Counted from the stretch's first letter, positions 1-9,052 are shown. The stretch: 32,000 nucleotides of DNA from Candidatus Hadarchaeales archaeon (GCA_038823825.1 JAWBCC010000001.1:60001-92000); one strand, 5' to 3'. The notes: generated by a model not told the origin, from the sequence alone. Numbers and translations are program-made.

Positions 1-435
1 TCCAAGCCCCAGCCTAGCATAAATGTTCAGCACGAGCCTTTGTCCTGGCTGAAGCTCTACTATTGGAATCTCATTCGAGACCGGCACGACTTCTTTATCA
101 GACGATTGTATGTCTCCGCTTTTCACGATCGCTGGTCCTTCCACATCCAGAGACATCTCAACAGTGCATTTTGGACACCCTTTTCCACCACATTTGCATT
201 CATCCGGGAGAACGTATCCTTTTGCCGGAGTCCTCAGCGGGATCATCGCAAGTCTGTGAGCGATTATCTCGTCGTAAAGAGGAGACTCATTTTCAATTAC
301 TTCGATTTCATCAACCGCCATCGTTGGAACTTCTCCGATAGCGGCTCTCCTAAGAGAGTTGGCGAAAGCCGGATCACTCCCATTCAGGATGAACTCAAGC
401 TTTAAACCATCCTTTTTGACGATTTCGATTTCCAT
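1..435 (-). CDS. rpoD: DNA-directed RNA polymerase subunit D (Rpo3), N-terminal 145 codons; 3' end runs off the window
   Basis: Not in the ORF track (no stop inside window). Minus-strand translation from ATG 435-433 is open to base 1: MEIEIVKKDGLKLEFILNGSDPAFANSLRRAAIGEVPTMAVDEIEVIENESPLYDEIIAHRLAMIPL...DECKCGGKGCPKC... This is a typical RpoD N-terminus plus Cys cluster. It starts 2 nt after the S11 stop, matching the conserved archaeal S13-S4-S11-RpoD order. Confidence 0.85.
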   Translation of the reverse strand, partial: MEIEIVKKDGLKLEFILNGSDPAFANSLRRAAIGEVPTMAVDEIEVIENESPLYDEIIAHRLAMIPLRTPAKGYVLPDECKCGGKGCPKCTVEMSLDVEGPAIVKSGDIQSSDKEVVPVSNEIPIVELQPGQRLVLNIYARLGLG

Positions 436-437
436 CC

Positions 438-833
438 TTACACTCTCCTTCCCCTTCTTCCTCCTGGTTTTCTAGTCCCGTCATGCGGTATGGGTGTTAC
501 ATCCTCTATCCTCCCGATTTTTAAACCTGCTCTAGCGAGTGCTCTTATCGCCGCCTGAGCACCCGGTCCTGGAATTTTCGGTCCGTGTCCTCCAGGAGCC
601 CTGACTTTTATGTGTACGCCAGCTATTCCCTTATCCATCGCCTCTTGCGCAGCCTTCATGGCAGCCTGAATTGCAGCGTAGGGAGAAGCCTCTTCCCTGT
701 CCGCTTTGACCATCATCCCTCCAGAAGCCTTCGCAATCGTCTCCGCACCGGTTAAGTCAGTTATGTGAATGATCGTGTTGTTGAAAGACGAATAGATGTG
801 CGCCACTCCCCACTTTTCTCTCTGTTCAGGCAT
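438..833 (-). CDS. rps11: 30S ribosomal protein uS11
   Basis: 131 aa; [23 protein letters not shown]...VRAPGGHG...[17 protein letters not shown] is the uS11 pattern. The start overlaps the S4 stop (TAATG). Confidence 0.95.
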   Translation of the reverse strand: MPEQREKWGVAHIYSSFNNTIIHITDLTGAETIAKASGGMMVKADREEASPYAAIQAAMKAAQEAMDKGIAGVHIKVRAPGGHGPKIPGPGAQAAIRALARAGLKIGRIEDVTPIPHDGTRKPGGRRGRRV

Positions 834-1339
834 TACTCACCAGCCTCCACCGCGGCGCCTTTTCCAATTTTCTCAAGCGGAAGGGTGACTTCTATTATAT
901 CTTCCTCGGCAACTGGAACCATATAGCTCGGAGATTTCATAGCTCTTCCGCCGATCTTTACATGTCCGTGGACAATCATCTGTCTGGCCTGCTTTGGTGT
1001 TCTTGCCAATCCTTTCTTGTAAACTATCCATTGAAGATATCTCTGGATGATGTCTTCGACTGTCAAACCAAGGACATCGTCAAGTGTTGCGTTTTCCCCA
1101 ACCAGCCCAAACTTCTGCAACCTTCTTATGAGTGCTGCCTTCTCCTTCTCAGCCTGCGGGTCGCTCCTCGCCATTAGCTCCCTAGCCTGTGCTCTAAATT
1201 TCCTAAGAACTGTTTGCGCCCTCCAGATCTCTCTCTTTCTTCTCAAACCGTATGTTCGCAAGAGCTTGTCTTCTGCATCCATCCTTGCCTTGTCCCAAGG
1301 ATGCCTTGGTGTTTCATATTTCTTCTTAATCCTCCTCAT
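833..1339 (-). CDS. rps4: 30S ribosomal protein uS4
   Basis: 168 aa; N-terminus [10 protein letters not shown] and a C-terminal S4 RNA-binding domain ([11 protein letters not shown]). ATGA overlap with the S13 stop. Confidence 0.93.
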   Translation of the reverse strand: MRRIKKKYETPRHPWDKARMDAEDKLLRTYGLRRKREIWRAQTVLRKFRAQARELMARSDPQAEKEKAALIRRLQKFGLVGENATLDDVLGLTVEDIIQRYLQWIVYKKGLARTPKQARQMIVHGHVKIGGRAMKSPSYMVPVAEEDIIEVTLPLEKIGKGAAVEAGE

Positions 1340-1824
1340 TTCTTCTTCTCCTCCTTCTCTTCAGCCTTCGGTTGAGCTCCTTTCTTTCTAACAACTCCAA
1401 CCGTCATTCCTCTTCTACCAGTGGTTCTGGTTCTCTGCCCTCTGACAGGCAACCCGAGCTCGTGTCTGATGCCCCTTCTGCTTCTTATTCTTTTCTCTCT
1501 GTCGATGTCCATCTTCACATAGAAATCGATTTCCGGTCCGACGAGATGCATATCCTTCCCGGTCTCATAATCCTTTCTCCTGTTGAGCATCCATGCGGGA
1601 ATACCATGAGCCAATGGATCCTTTAGAACATCTTCTATTTTCTTCACCTCCTCTTCCGTAAGTGTTCCGATTTTCCTGAATGGGTCGATGTTTGCAGCAT
1701 ATGCCACCGCTCTCGCTAAACTAAAACTCACTCCCTTTATCCCGAGCAAGGCATGGTGAACTGCCTTTTTTCCGTCTAAGTCATGCCCCGCGATTCTGAC
1801 TATGTGCTTTATCTCTTCTGCCAT
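1336..1824 (-). CDS. rps13: 30S ribosomal protein uS13
   Basis: 162 aa; [13 protein letters not shown]...GIKGVS...[10 protein letters not shown] is the uS13 pattern. First CDS downstream of tRNA-Ser on the same strand. Confidence 0.93.
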   Translation of the reverse strand: MAEEIKHIVRIAGHDLDGKKAVHHALLGIKGVSFSLARAVAYAANIDPFRKIGTLTEEEVKKIEDVLKDPLAHGIPAWMLNRRKDYETGKDMHLVGPEIDFYVKMDIDREKRIRSRRGIRHELGLPVRGQRTRTTGRRGMTVGVVRKKGAQPKAEEKEEKKK

Positions 1825-1902
1825 CTTTATAGACTACTGACGTAAGGGTTTTAATCCTTAGGCTTTTCTCCTTTTGTGTGATTTTTCGGTGAAAAACTTG
1901 AG

Positions 1903-1987
1903 CGCCGGGGGAGGGATTTGAACCCTCGAGGCCCAACGGGCCACGAGCTCTCCAGGCTCGCGCCTTACCTGGCTAGGCTACCCCGGC
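1903..1987 (-). tRNA. tRNA-Ser (anticodon GGA), class II with long variable arm
   Basis: Minus strand folds as a cloverleaf. Acceptor GCCGGGG/CCCCGGC. D arm GCCT-AGCCAGGTA-AGGC. Anticodon stem CGAGC/GCTCG with loop CTGGAGA. Variable arm TGGCCCGTTGGGCCTC. T arm GAGGG-TTCAAAT-CCCTC. Discriminator G. 85 nt, no encoded CCA, no intron. Confidence 0.9.
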
Positions 1988-2074
1988 TCCAATTCTAAAA
2001 AATCCTCCACTTTGAATATAGTTATCGAAGGAAAAAGACATGCTTTTATTAGTTGTCTCGGTTATTTGTTATCG
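1988..2074. promoter_or_regulatory. Divergent promoter spacer (tRNA-Ser/r-protein operon leftward, psmB rightward)
   Basis: On the minus strand, ACTATATTCAAA (2023-2012) lies about 30 nt upstream of the tRNA 5' end. On the plus strand, TTTTATTA (2044-2051) lies about 25 nt upstream of ATG 2075, consistent with a leaderless psmB mRNA. Confidence 0.4.
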
Positions 2075-2689
2075 ATGTACGGCTTTAGCGGAACAGTTGT
2101 AGGAGTTGTGTGCAGAGATGGAATAGCCCTGGCTTCGGATTCTAGAGGAGTAGGCTACTACATGATTCTAAGCAAGCGTGTCAAGAAAATCTTTCAACTG
2201 GAGGAGAAGATCGGTGCAGCGATTTCGGGTAGCACAGGTGATGTTCAGAGTTTTGTCAACTTACTCCGGGCTGAGGCAAGGCTTTATCGCATTCACAACG
2301 AGAGGTCGATGTCTACTAAGGGAATCGCTCAAATGGCGTCAAATATCCTTCACGAGAGAAGGATTTTCCCATACATCCTAGAAGCAATCATTGCCGGGAT
2401 AGACGGTGAGAAACCTGTGCTATACTTTTTAGATCCGGTCGGAGGGAAGCTGGAGGAAAGAGAATTTGCTGCTGGCGGAACCGGAGCATCCGTTGCGTAT
2501 GGGACTCTTGAGAAAGAATTCAAGCCCGGGATTAGTGTGGAAGAAGGGGCGAAACTCGCCGCGTCTGCCATAAAGACTGCGATAGAAAGAGACGCCGCGA
2601 CGGGAGACAGCGTTGTGGTTGCGGTCATCGATGGAAGAGGTTACCGGGAACTCTCAGAGAAAGAAATAGCAGATTTACTTAAACAGTAG
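2075..2689 (+). CDS. psmB: Proteasome subunit beta (short propeptide MYGFSG then catalytic Thr)
   Basis: The ORF track starts at TTG 2012. That start overlaps the tRNA promoter and adds an atypical 21-aa extension. In-frame ATG 2075 gives MYGFSG|TVVGVVCRDGIALASDSR, the usual Ntn-hydrolase beta-subunit layout. The GSTGD and GTGAS regions are present. Confidence 0.85.
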   Translation: MYGFSGTVVGVVCRDGIALASDSRGVGYYMILSKRVKKIFQLEEKIGAAISGSTGDVQSFVNLLRAEARLYRIHNERSMSTKGIAQMASNILHERRIFPYILEAIIAGIDGEKPVLYFLDPVGGKLEEREFAAGGTGASVAYGTLEKEFKPGISVEEGAKLAASAIKTAIERDAATGDSVVVAVIDGRGYRELSEKEIADLLKQ

Positions 2690-2694
2690 ATTTC

Positions 2695-3828
2695 ATGTCG
2701 TCCTCGCTGGTGCTGTCGAATGTTACAATTTTGGAGGGCGATGACCTATCTCCCGTAAATGGATATCTCGTCATAAAGGACGGAAAGATAGAGAAGATTT
2801 CAGAGGGATTCCCTCCAAGCTTCTCAAAAGATCTGAAAAGATCGATTATAATCCCGCCCTTCCTCAATGCTCATACTCATCTTGGAGATTCAAGGTGGAA
2901 AGAACTTTACATCGGGAAGACGCAGAATGAAGTCGTAGGACCGGACGGTCTGAAGCATAAACTCCTGAAAGAGGCAAAGGAAGATGACCTCGTTATGGCG
3001 ATGCGAAACTCCATTCGTTCAATGTTGATATCTGGAACGATAGGCTTCTGTGACTTCAGAGAAGGAGGTTTAGCTGGACTGAGGTTGCTGAAGAGAGCCA
3101 CCATTTCACAAATTCGAAGTTTTATTTTAGCAAGAGGCAACACTTTTGACGAATGCATTGAGGTTCTCAGAGAAGCAGATGGAATGGGGATGCCATCTCT
3201 AGATTTCTTACCTTGGCAGGAGCTTGTCAAGGTTGCGCGTGAAACGAGACGTCTTGCCAAGATTTTTTCTGTTCACGTTTCGGAGACGGCCGAAGCTGAA
3301 AGAAAATCCATCAGGGAAAGAGGAGAGGGAGAACTATCTGTGGCTCTGAAACTTCGTCCGAGCTTCTTGGTTCACGGGACTCACAGCAGTAGGGAAGATC
3401 TGAGAAAGGCGAAAAAGAAGAAAGTCCCGGTAGTCTTCTGTCCTAGAGCAAATAGGCTTCTATCCGTAGGCTCCCCTCCGATTTCCCAAGCCTTGGAAAT
3501 AGATCTCGAGTTCTGGCTTGGCTCAGACAACGTGTGCGTTTGCGAGCCGGTGATGTTTGATGTTCTCAGCTCTGCTTGGGAATGCGTAAGGCTGGATAAC
3601 CCACGAGCAGGTAGTGAAGAGGCGCGTCGTCTACTGATATCCGCCACAGTTTCTCCTTCAAAGTTTTTCCTCAAAGAGGGCGGCATTAAGGAGGGCAAAG
3701 ACGCAACTTTTGTGGTTCTAGCTAGGAGAGAAAATCTGCGGTATGTCGAGGATATTTACGCGGGCATAGTGAACCGAGCCAATGTTAACAATGTTCGCTC
3801 ATTTTTTGTCTGCGGAAAGGAAGTTTAA
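2695..3828 (+). CDS. Metal-dependent amidohydrolase family protein (ATZ/TRZ/SsnA-like deaminase/chlorohydrolase group)
   Basis: 377 aa; PPFLNAHTHLGDS (HxH), VHVSET, LVHGTH and WLGSDN match the metal-ligand motif order of the amidohydrolase superfamily. Substrate not inferable. Confidence 0.7.
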   Translation: MSSSLVLSNVTILEGDDLSPVNGYLVIKDGKIEKISEGFPPSFSKDLKRSIIIPPFLNAHTHLGDSRWKELYIGKTQNEVVGPDGLKHKLLKEAKEDDLVMAMRNSIRSMLISGTIGFCDFREGGLAGLRLLKRATISQIRSFILARGNTFDECIEVLREADGMGMPSLDFLPWQELVKVARETRRLAKIFSVHVSETAEAERKSIRERGEGELSVALKLRPSFLVHGTHSSREDLRKAKKKKVPVVFCPRANRLLSVGSPPISQALEIDLEFWLGSDNVCVCEPVMFDVLSSAWECVRLDNPRAGSEEARRLLISATVSPSKFFLKEGGIKEGKDATFVVLARRENLRYVEDIYAGIVNRANVNNVRSFFVCGKEV

Positions 3829-3845
3829 TTCCGAGATTAGATTTA

Positions 3846-3896
3846 TTTAGTATAAAAACCAAAAATATTTTGAAAAATTTTGCGGGGAGGAGATCC
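3846..3896 (+). promoter_or_regulatory. Promoter plus Shine-Dalgarno of the CBS gene
   Basis: TATAAAAA at 3851-3858. GGAGG at 3886-3890, 6 nt before GTG 3897. Confidence 0.45.
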
Positions 3897-4730
3897 GTGA
3901 AGGTCAAAGATGCGATGACTCGCGAGGTCAAATGGGTAGAAGTGCCGGGAGTCTCTTCAGACGCTCTAGACCTCATGAAAAAACTCGGCACGAATGCGGT
4001 CCCGGTCGTTCGGAAGGACACGGAGGAGTTTGTTGGCATGGTTTCAGCTCAAACAATTCTTGAGAATCCGGATGAGAATCAATTAGCCATGCTTGTCGAC
4101 CGCGATGTTCCAACTATTTCTCCTGACGCAGATCTCGGCGAGGCAGCAAAACTGATGTTTGAGAAAAACGTGCGCAGACTCCCAGTTCTTAAGGAGAAAA
4201 AGCTTGTGGGGATTCTCACCGTAAGAGACATCCTAAGGAGAGTAATAGCGGCCATGAATATAGACAAGCCGGCTGAGGAGTTCATGCGCCCCCATATGAT
4301 TGCGGTTTGGGACGGGACCCCCCTGAAAGTTGCCGTTCACCTTCTCAAGCTTTCGGGCTTTCGTGTGCTCCCCGTGATAGACGATGAGGGTAAACTGGTG
4401 GGTAAGCTGAGCGACACCGACGTCTTAAAAGTGTCCGATGTGGACATTTCCTCGACCGTTGGACAGCTCACGGGCAAAAGTGAAAGTGATAGCTGGGCCT
4501 GGGACACCGAGGCGCGAATCTACATAACAAAAAAAGAACTGAAACTTCCAGATAAACTCGTGAGGGATGTCATGTCGCCAAAGCTCATAACGATTTCTAG
4601 GAGCACACCGGTCGGCGAGGTCTCGAGAATGCTCGCCGAGAGCAGAGATAATGAGGCGTTCGTTCTCGGCAGCTCAGAGGAACTTTTGGGTCTGGTTAGG
4701 GACATCGATCTGCTTAAAGTCCTTTTCTGA
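3897..4730 (+). CDS. CBS domain-containing protein (two CBS pairs)
   Basis: The track ORF begins at TTG 3870. GTG 3897 has a good SD and gives the typical (M)KVKDAMTREV CBS N-terminus. Repeated hydrophobic-GI(L/V)T-x-D(I/V)L CBS motifs occur throughout. Confidence 0.8.
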   Translation: MKVKDAMTREVKWVEVPGVSSDALDLMKKLGTNAVPVVRKDTEEFVGMVSAQTILENPDENQLAMLVDRDVPTISPDADLGEAAKLMFEKNVRRLPVLKEKKLVGILTVRDILRRVIAAMNIDKPAEEFMRPHMIAVWDGTPLKVAVHLLKLSGFRVLPVIDDEGKLVGKLSDTDVLKVSDVDISSTVGQLTGKSESDSWAWDTEARIYITKKELKLPDKLVRDVMSPKLITISRSTPVGEVSRMLAESRDNEAFVLGSSEELLGLVRDIDLLKVLF

Positions 4731-4776
4731 TTCCAAAACCGTTTTTATTGATGCGAGCACTTGAGATTTGGAGAAG

Positions 4777-6324
4777 ATGGCAGAAGCAGAAGACTTGATG
4801 GATTTGCTCATCCGTAGAGGATTCCTCTGGCCAGCTTTCGAGATATACGGTGGAGTGGCAGGGTTTTACGACTATGGTCCTCTCGGCTCGATTCTCAAAT
4901 GGAAAATCATAGATCAGTGGAGAAAAATATATGTTTTTGAGGAAGGCGCAATCGAAATTGATAGTCCGACTGTGACTCCAGAGGAGGTTCTGCGTGCGAG
5001 CGGCCATGTCGAACATTTTCTGGACCTGATGGTTGAGTGCAAAAAGTGTGGTAGCGCTTTCAAAGTTACAGATTTTTTGGCGGAGGCAGCGGGAGTCAAC
5101 GTTGAAGGCATGAGTAAAGAGGAGATTTCCCGGATAATACGGGAAAGAAACTTAAAATGTCCGGATTGCGGCGGGGAGTTCGGCGAGGTCTCCGAATTCA
5201 ACACGATGTTTAAGACGGCGATTGGGCCTGGGAGCAGAAGGATAGCATATCTGAGGCCTGAGACTGCACAGGGAATATTCATCAACTTCAGGCGTCTCTT
5301 CAGGATTGCAAGGGGAAGACTCCCACTCCCGGTTGTTCAGATCGGAAGAGGATACAGAAACGAAATTTCTCCTAGGCAGGGTGTGATCAGGTTGCGAGAG
5401 TTTACGATGGCGGAGGCAGAGGTTTTCTTTGATCCGAAGAATCCAAATCATCCTAGGTTTGGAGAAGTAAGGGATGAGAAGCTTAGGCTATGGCCGGCTA
5501 AAAATCAAATGGATGGAAAGGGCGAAATCGAAGTTACGGCGGACGAATCTGTGGAAAAGAAAATCGTTTGTAACGAGTTGATGGCTTACTATCTCGTTCT
5601 TACAAAGAGATTTTTGAAGAAATTGGGGATCCCTGAAAACGCGATACGTTTTAGAGAACAAACCCCTGCCCAGCGAGCTCACTATTCATCGGAAACCTGG
5701 GATGCGGAGGTTTTCACACGCAGATTCGGCTGGGTGGAGGTCGCTGGAATCGCATACAGAACGGATTACGATCTCTCCAGACACATGAAATACAGCGGAG
5801 AAAATCTCACGGCGTTTATAGAAAACCGAAAGGAAAGCGTGATTTGTCATGTTGTGGAACCTTCTTATGGTATAGATAGGCCTCTTTACTGCGCTCTTGA
5901 GCACGCATATGTGACTGACGGCGAGAGGAAATATCTCAGACTTCCGAAAGAGCTGGCTCCAGTCGAAGTGGCTGTTTTCCCCTTACTCAAAAAGGACAGA
6001 CTCGTCGAAAAAGCTAGAGAAATATGGGAAAATCTCCGGAGAAGCGGATTTCTCGCTGAGTACGATGATAGCGGGTCAATAGGCAGGAGATACGCGAGGG
6101 CGGATGAAATAGGTACGCCATACTGTGTAACCGTCGACCATCAAACGCTCGAAGATTTGACTGTCACCATAAGGGACAGAGATTCGACAAAGCAGAGGAG
6201 AATCAAGATTTCAGATCTTTCTCAGGTTTTGCGTGGCCTCATTTCCGGGTCGTTGGACTTTTTCTCTGTAGGGTCAGAGTATAAAGGCCGAGAGGAAGGG
6301 GAGCACGAGGAAAACGAAAATTAA
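4777..6324 (+). CDS. glyS: Glycine--tRNA ligase, archaeal/eukaryotic-type class II
   Basis: RGFLWPAFEIYGGVAGFYDYGPLG, RPETAQG, GRGYRNEISPR and a Zn-ribbon insertion (CKKCG...CPDCG). ATG 4777 is preferred over TTG 4768. The 3' end overlaps the convergent permease gene by 51 nt. Confidence 0.93.
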   Translation: MAEAEDLMDLLIRRGFLWPAFEIYGGVAGFYDYGPLGSILKWKIIDQWRKIYVFEEGAIEIDSPTVTPEEVLRASGHVEHFLDLMVECKKCGSAFKVTDFLAEAAGVNVEGMSKEEISRIIRERNLKCPDCGGEFGEVSEFNTMFKTAIGPGSRRIAYLRPETAQGIFINFRRLFRIARGRLPLPVVQIGRGYRNEISPRQGVIRLREFTMAEAEVFFDPKNPNHPRFGEVRDEKLRLWPAKNQMDGKGEIEVTADESVEKKIVCNELMAYYLVLTKRFLKKLGIPENAIRFREQTPAQRAHYSSETWDAEVFTRRFGWVEVAGIAYRTDYDLSRHMKYSGENLTAFIENRKESVICHVVEPSYGIDRPLYCALEHAYVTDGERKYLRLPKELAPVEVAVFPLLKKDRLVEKAREIWENLRRSGFLAEYDDSGSIGRRYARADEIGTPYCVTVDHQTLEDLTVTIRDRDSTKQRRIKISDLSQVLRGLISGSLDFFSVGSEYKGREEGEHEENEN

Positions 6325-7233
6325 TGTGGTATGAAACATCAGAGCTCCATAATATTCTACATCCAGTTTGAAATTTTTGGCTAGGATGAGATTGAAAGTT
6401 CCCGGAGGCATGGCGGAAAGAAGAAGCGCGGCTTTCGGAGTCAGTGCACTTTTGAAATCAAAACCCAGTAAAAGAAGCGTAAGAGATGTGGCGAGAGGCC
6501 CGATTATGAACCTAAACAAACTTACTCTTGATAAATCACGTATGTGGCTACGTGGACCCGTGACGGTGAGCAGATAACCAGTGAAGAGCAGCATCAGGGC
6601 TAGAAAGACTGGTGACAGGTAGAGGTCAAAGAATTCTATGGCATAATCAGAGATATGAATGTTTAAAAACAGAAAGAAAAAAGCCACGATTGTTGCGAAG
6701 ACTGCAGGAAAAGAAAAGACTCTCGCTAGAAGTGGGGGAATTCTGCTACCGCGGCCCGTTAGCATGTTGCAGAGGAGAGTTCCGATGAAGACATGTAGAA
6801 TGGAGACACCCAGCGCGAACGCGATAGCCGGGGCGAGATATTCGCTTCCTAAAACGGCGTAGACCGCGGGCAGACCGAGATAAGCGACATTCATGAACCC
6901 GGAATTCAGCGAGATTGCAAGAATCTTCTCTTTACTTTCTTTCCTCAAGAATGATATCAGGATAGACAGCAGGAGACAAACGGAGGAACAGAACATTCCG
7001 ATTAGAAACGCCGCTAGAAAGCCCGTGATCTCACCTGTTTCAAGCTTCATAATGGAGATAAATGCAATCGACGGGAGTATTGCCCAGACTGCGAATATAT
7101 TCACGGATTCGAAGAAATGCTCCACTGGTTTTTCAATTTTCTTCCCTTTCGCAAGCATCCTAGTGAAGAGTCCTAAAAACACAAAGACCAAAATGTAGAA
7201 GATTTCGATTACCGGTTGCAATGGTTTGATCAT
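6274..7233 (-). CDS. AEC (auxin efflux carrier)-like permease, about 10 TM
   Basis: 319 aa, hydrophobic throughout with a central charged loop (RKESKEK). The N-terminus and overall layout resemble the AEC/membrane-transport family. Family assignment is by eye only. Confidence 0.55.
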   Translation of the reverse strand: MIKPLQPVIEIFYILVFVFLGLFTRMLAKGKKIEKPVEHFFESVNIFAVWAILPSIAFISIMKLETGEITGFLAAFLIGMFCSSVCLLLSILISFLRKESKEKILAISLNSGFMNVAYLGLPAVYAVLGSEYLAPAIAFALGVSILHVFIGTLLCNMLTGRGSRIPPLLARVFSFPAVFATIVAFFFLFLNIHISDYAIEFFDLYLSPVFLALMLLFTGYLLTVTGPRSHIRDLSRVSLFRFIIGPLATSLTLLLLGFDFKSALTPKAALLLSAMPPGTFNLILAKNFKLDVEYYGALMFHTTLIFVFLVLPFLSAFIL

Positions 7234-7537
7234 CCGCTCATTCTCGTTTTTGTGTCTTTTCTACTTTTTGCAGGAGCTAATTTCGGCGCGTGAAATGACT
7301 CTATGTAGAGTTAGATGTTTCGCCAACCTCTCACAGGATTTTTCATAACAATCGAGATTTCGTACGTCCATATCTCTCACACTCGACCCAACTCTTTTCT
7401 AGTCTGTTTATCGCTTCTTGGCTTTTCATTTCTGCTACCTTTTGTTCACTAAATGAACGCTCTTCTCACAAATGTTTACTTTATGATATATACAAAAAGA
7501 TAGATAGCTTTAAATATATCCACTAAAAGATACATAA

Positions 7538-8062
7538 ATGGGGGGTATGCGGAAAAAAGCGCTATGGCTGATATTTCAAGAAAAACCGTCAAGATTATTG
7601 CTCTTTTTGAAAGAAACAGGAAAAAAAGTTTATCAAACAGAAATTTCTAAAAAAATTGACGCGACCTTTGCCCATACGTTGAGAATTCTAGAAAATATGG
7701 AAAAAGCTGGGCTAATAAGGTCAGAAAAGGAGGGAAAAGTCAAATATATCTATCTAACGGACGTAGGTTCGGAGGTTGCTGCTCAGATAGAGACCATCAG
7801 ACGGTTGATTGAAATATCCGAGATCGAGCAGAAAATAACTAATATATACGAGTCAACTGTGAGAGGGAAGCTGCCGACAGAGATCGACCGAGAAGCGGTG
7901 AAAAGGGAGTACATCGGACTGAAAAGAAAGCTGGCAACCTTTTTCTCGGATCCAAACCATTTCATAGCTCTGAAGTCGAGAAAAGTAGCCGCCAAGATCG
8001 ATATGATACTCGCGGAGGTCCTAGGCCTTCCACCGGGGACGGAATTTACTCTTCAAGAGTAA
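7538..8062 (+). CDS. Winged helix-turn-helix DNA-binding protein with C-terminal helical domain
   Basis: 174 aa; YQTEISKKIDATFAHTLRILENMEKAGLIRSEKEGKVKYIYLTDVG is a MarR/ArsR/TrmB-like wHTH. TTTAAATATAT at 7510-7520 sits about 25 nt upstream, suggesting a leaderless start. Confidence 0.65.
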   Translation: MGGMRKKALWLIFQEKPSRLLLFLKETGKKVYQTEISKKIDATFAHTLRILENMEKAGLIRSEKEGKVKYIYLTDVGSEVAAQIETIRRLIEISEIEQKITNIYESTVRGKLPTEIDREAVKREYIGLKRKLATFFSDPNHFIALKSRKVAAKIDMILAEVLGLPPGTEFTLQE

Positions 8063-8129
8063 TCTACCGAAAGATGTCCAAGCATAATTTGGCTTTCGGA
8101 TGGCATTTGAGGGGGATGAACTCGGCTAG

Positions 8130-8315
8130 TTACCTTTTAAAAGGTAATTCGCTTGAGGCGCTGAAGGGTGGTGTCCGCGAGATTATTACGCTTGAAAGGT
8201 ATTTTTGATACCTATGAAAGGTATTGAAGACTTGGAATTACTTTTGATGAAGGACAAATTACTTTTTAAGAGTAAAAATGAAGAATGTGGAGTAACCGTT
8301 ACCTTTTATAAGTAA
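8130..8315. promoter_or_regulatory. Array of related dyad-symmetric sites (consensus TTACCTTTT-AAAAGGTAA)
   Basis: A perfect 18-bp palindrome lies at 8130-8147. Related dyads lie at 8197-8213, 8259-8275 and 8299-8315, with half-sites at 8217-8223 and 8238-8246. The last dyad overlaps the TATA candidate of the 8381 gene. Confidence 0.5.
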
Positions 8316-8380
8316 TCAGCTAAAAGATAATGTGAAAACGAGAAAAAGGCTAACAAAACCGGCAGAGGGAGGTGGGAGAA

Positions 8381-8722
8381 ATGGAAGAGAGAGGTCCGGA
8401 GAGGCTGCTCATGCTGGCATATGGGAATCATCCGAGAAGTGCTTCGCTAAAGCCAGAGGCGGTCAAACTGCTGAGAGTCTTGCGAGAGGGTCCAAAGACC
8501 ATGGCAGAGCTGGCAGGCGCTTTGGGGATAAACATCGAAACTCCAGGTGGAAAGAAACACTTTTTCACACTCATCAGGCCGCTTAGAGAAACGGGAATGA
8601 TCGCAGCGAGAAGAGCCGGTGGAAAAACGATCTATCAGTTGAGCTTTGACGGTTTCAACCAGTTCTGGAAAGAAGTGAGAAAGGAAGCGGAGTACTGGCT
8701 TCAAGAAAAGTCAGAAGGATAA
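8381..8722 (+). CDS. Small winged helix-turn-helix protein
   Basis: The track ORF starts at GTG 8372. ATG 8381 is preceded by GGGAGG (8367-8372). VKLLRVLREGPKTMAELAGALGINIETPGG...GMIAARRAGGKTIYQLS is an ArsR-like wHTH. Confidence 0.6.
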   Translation: MEERGPERLLMLAYGNHPRSASLKPEAVKLLRVLREGPKTMAELAGALGINIETPGGKKHFFTLIRPLRETGMIAARRAGGKTIYQLSFDGFNQFWKEVRKEAEYWLQEKSEG

Positions 8723-8764
8723 GTGAAAATCTTTAAATTCTGCGGTAGATTGTGGAGGGAGAAA

Positions 8765-9052
8765 ATGACGAGAAAGACGGGTAAAGCTTTACAGCGGGCG
8801 AGACTTCAGATGCGTGCAGCCAAGTTAGCTAGAATCAAGAGAGAACTAGCCGAGCACGGAGTAAGTTTGCGGCCATCCAAACCACCCAAGAAGGCCTTGA
8901 AAGAAAAAGAGGAGGAAATAAAGAAACTTTACCAAGAACTTTTCCCGACAGAAGCCGAATCCATCGAAGAGGAAATAGAGGAAGTCATAGAGCCTAAGCC
9001 AAAGAAAAAGGAGAAACCAGCAGAGGAGACGGGAGGGCAACAGCAATCTTGA
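8765..9052 (+). CDS. Small highly charged protein of unknown function (basic N-terminal helix, acidic/Lys-rich tail)
   Basis: ATG 8765 with GGAGGGAG upstream is preferred over GTG 8723. 95 aa, MTRKTGKALQRARLQMRAAKLARIKRELAEHG...EEEIEEVIEPKPKKKEKP. No family recognised. Confidence 0.45.
   Translation: MTRKTGKALQRARLQMRAAKLARIKRELAEHGVSLRPSKPPKKALKEKEEEIKKLYQELFPTEAESIEEEIEEVIEPKPKKKEKPAEETGGQQQS

Noticed and set aside
40-405. Plus-strand ORFs 40-405 and 63-341
   Set aside because: They are antisense shadows of the clearly recognisable minus-strand rpoD (435 to 1). They have no protein-like features.
8074-8315. Two unlisted short ORFs in the dyad-rich spacer: 8074-8208 (44 aa) and 8214-8315 (33 aa, MKGIEDLELLLMKDKLLFKSKNEECGVTVTFYK). 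I considered them as small proteins or RiPP precursors for the downstream PqqD-like protein.
   Set aside because: They have no convincing SD or TATA spacing. The DNA repeats fall in different codon phases, so the repeat is a DNA signal rather than a peptide signal. Only conservation data could rescue them.
8130-8315. The repeated TTACC... motifs considered as a CRISPR array
   Set aside because: The units are short (17-18 bp), palindromic and irregularly spaced (21-129 bp). There are no uniform spacers and no cas genes.
8332-8586. 84-aa ORF overlapping the 8381 wHTH gene in another frame
   Set aside because: It is Arg/Gly-rich low-complexity sequence, typical of an off-frame read of a real gene. 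The wHTH frame has the SD and a recognisable fold pattern.
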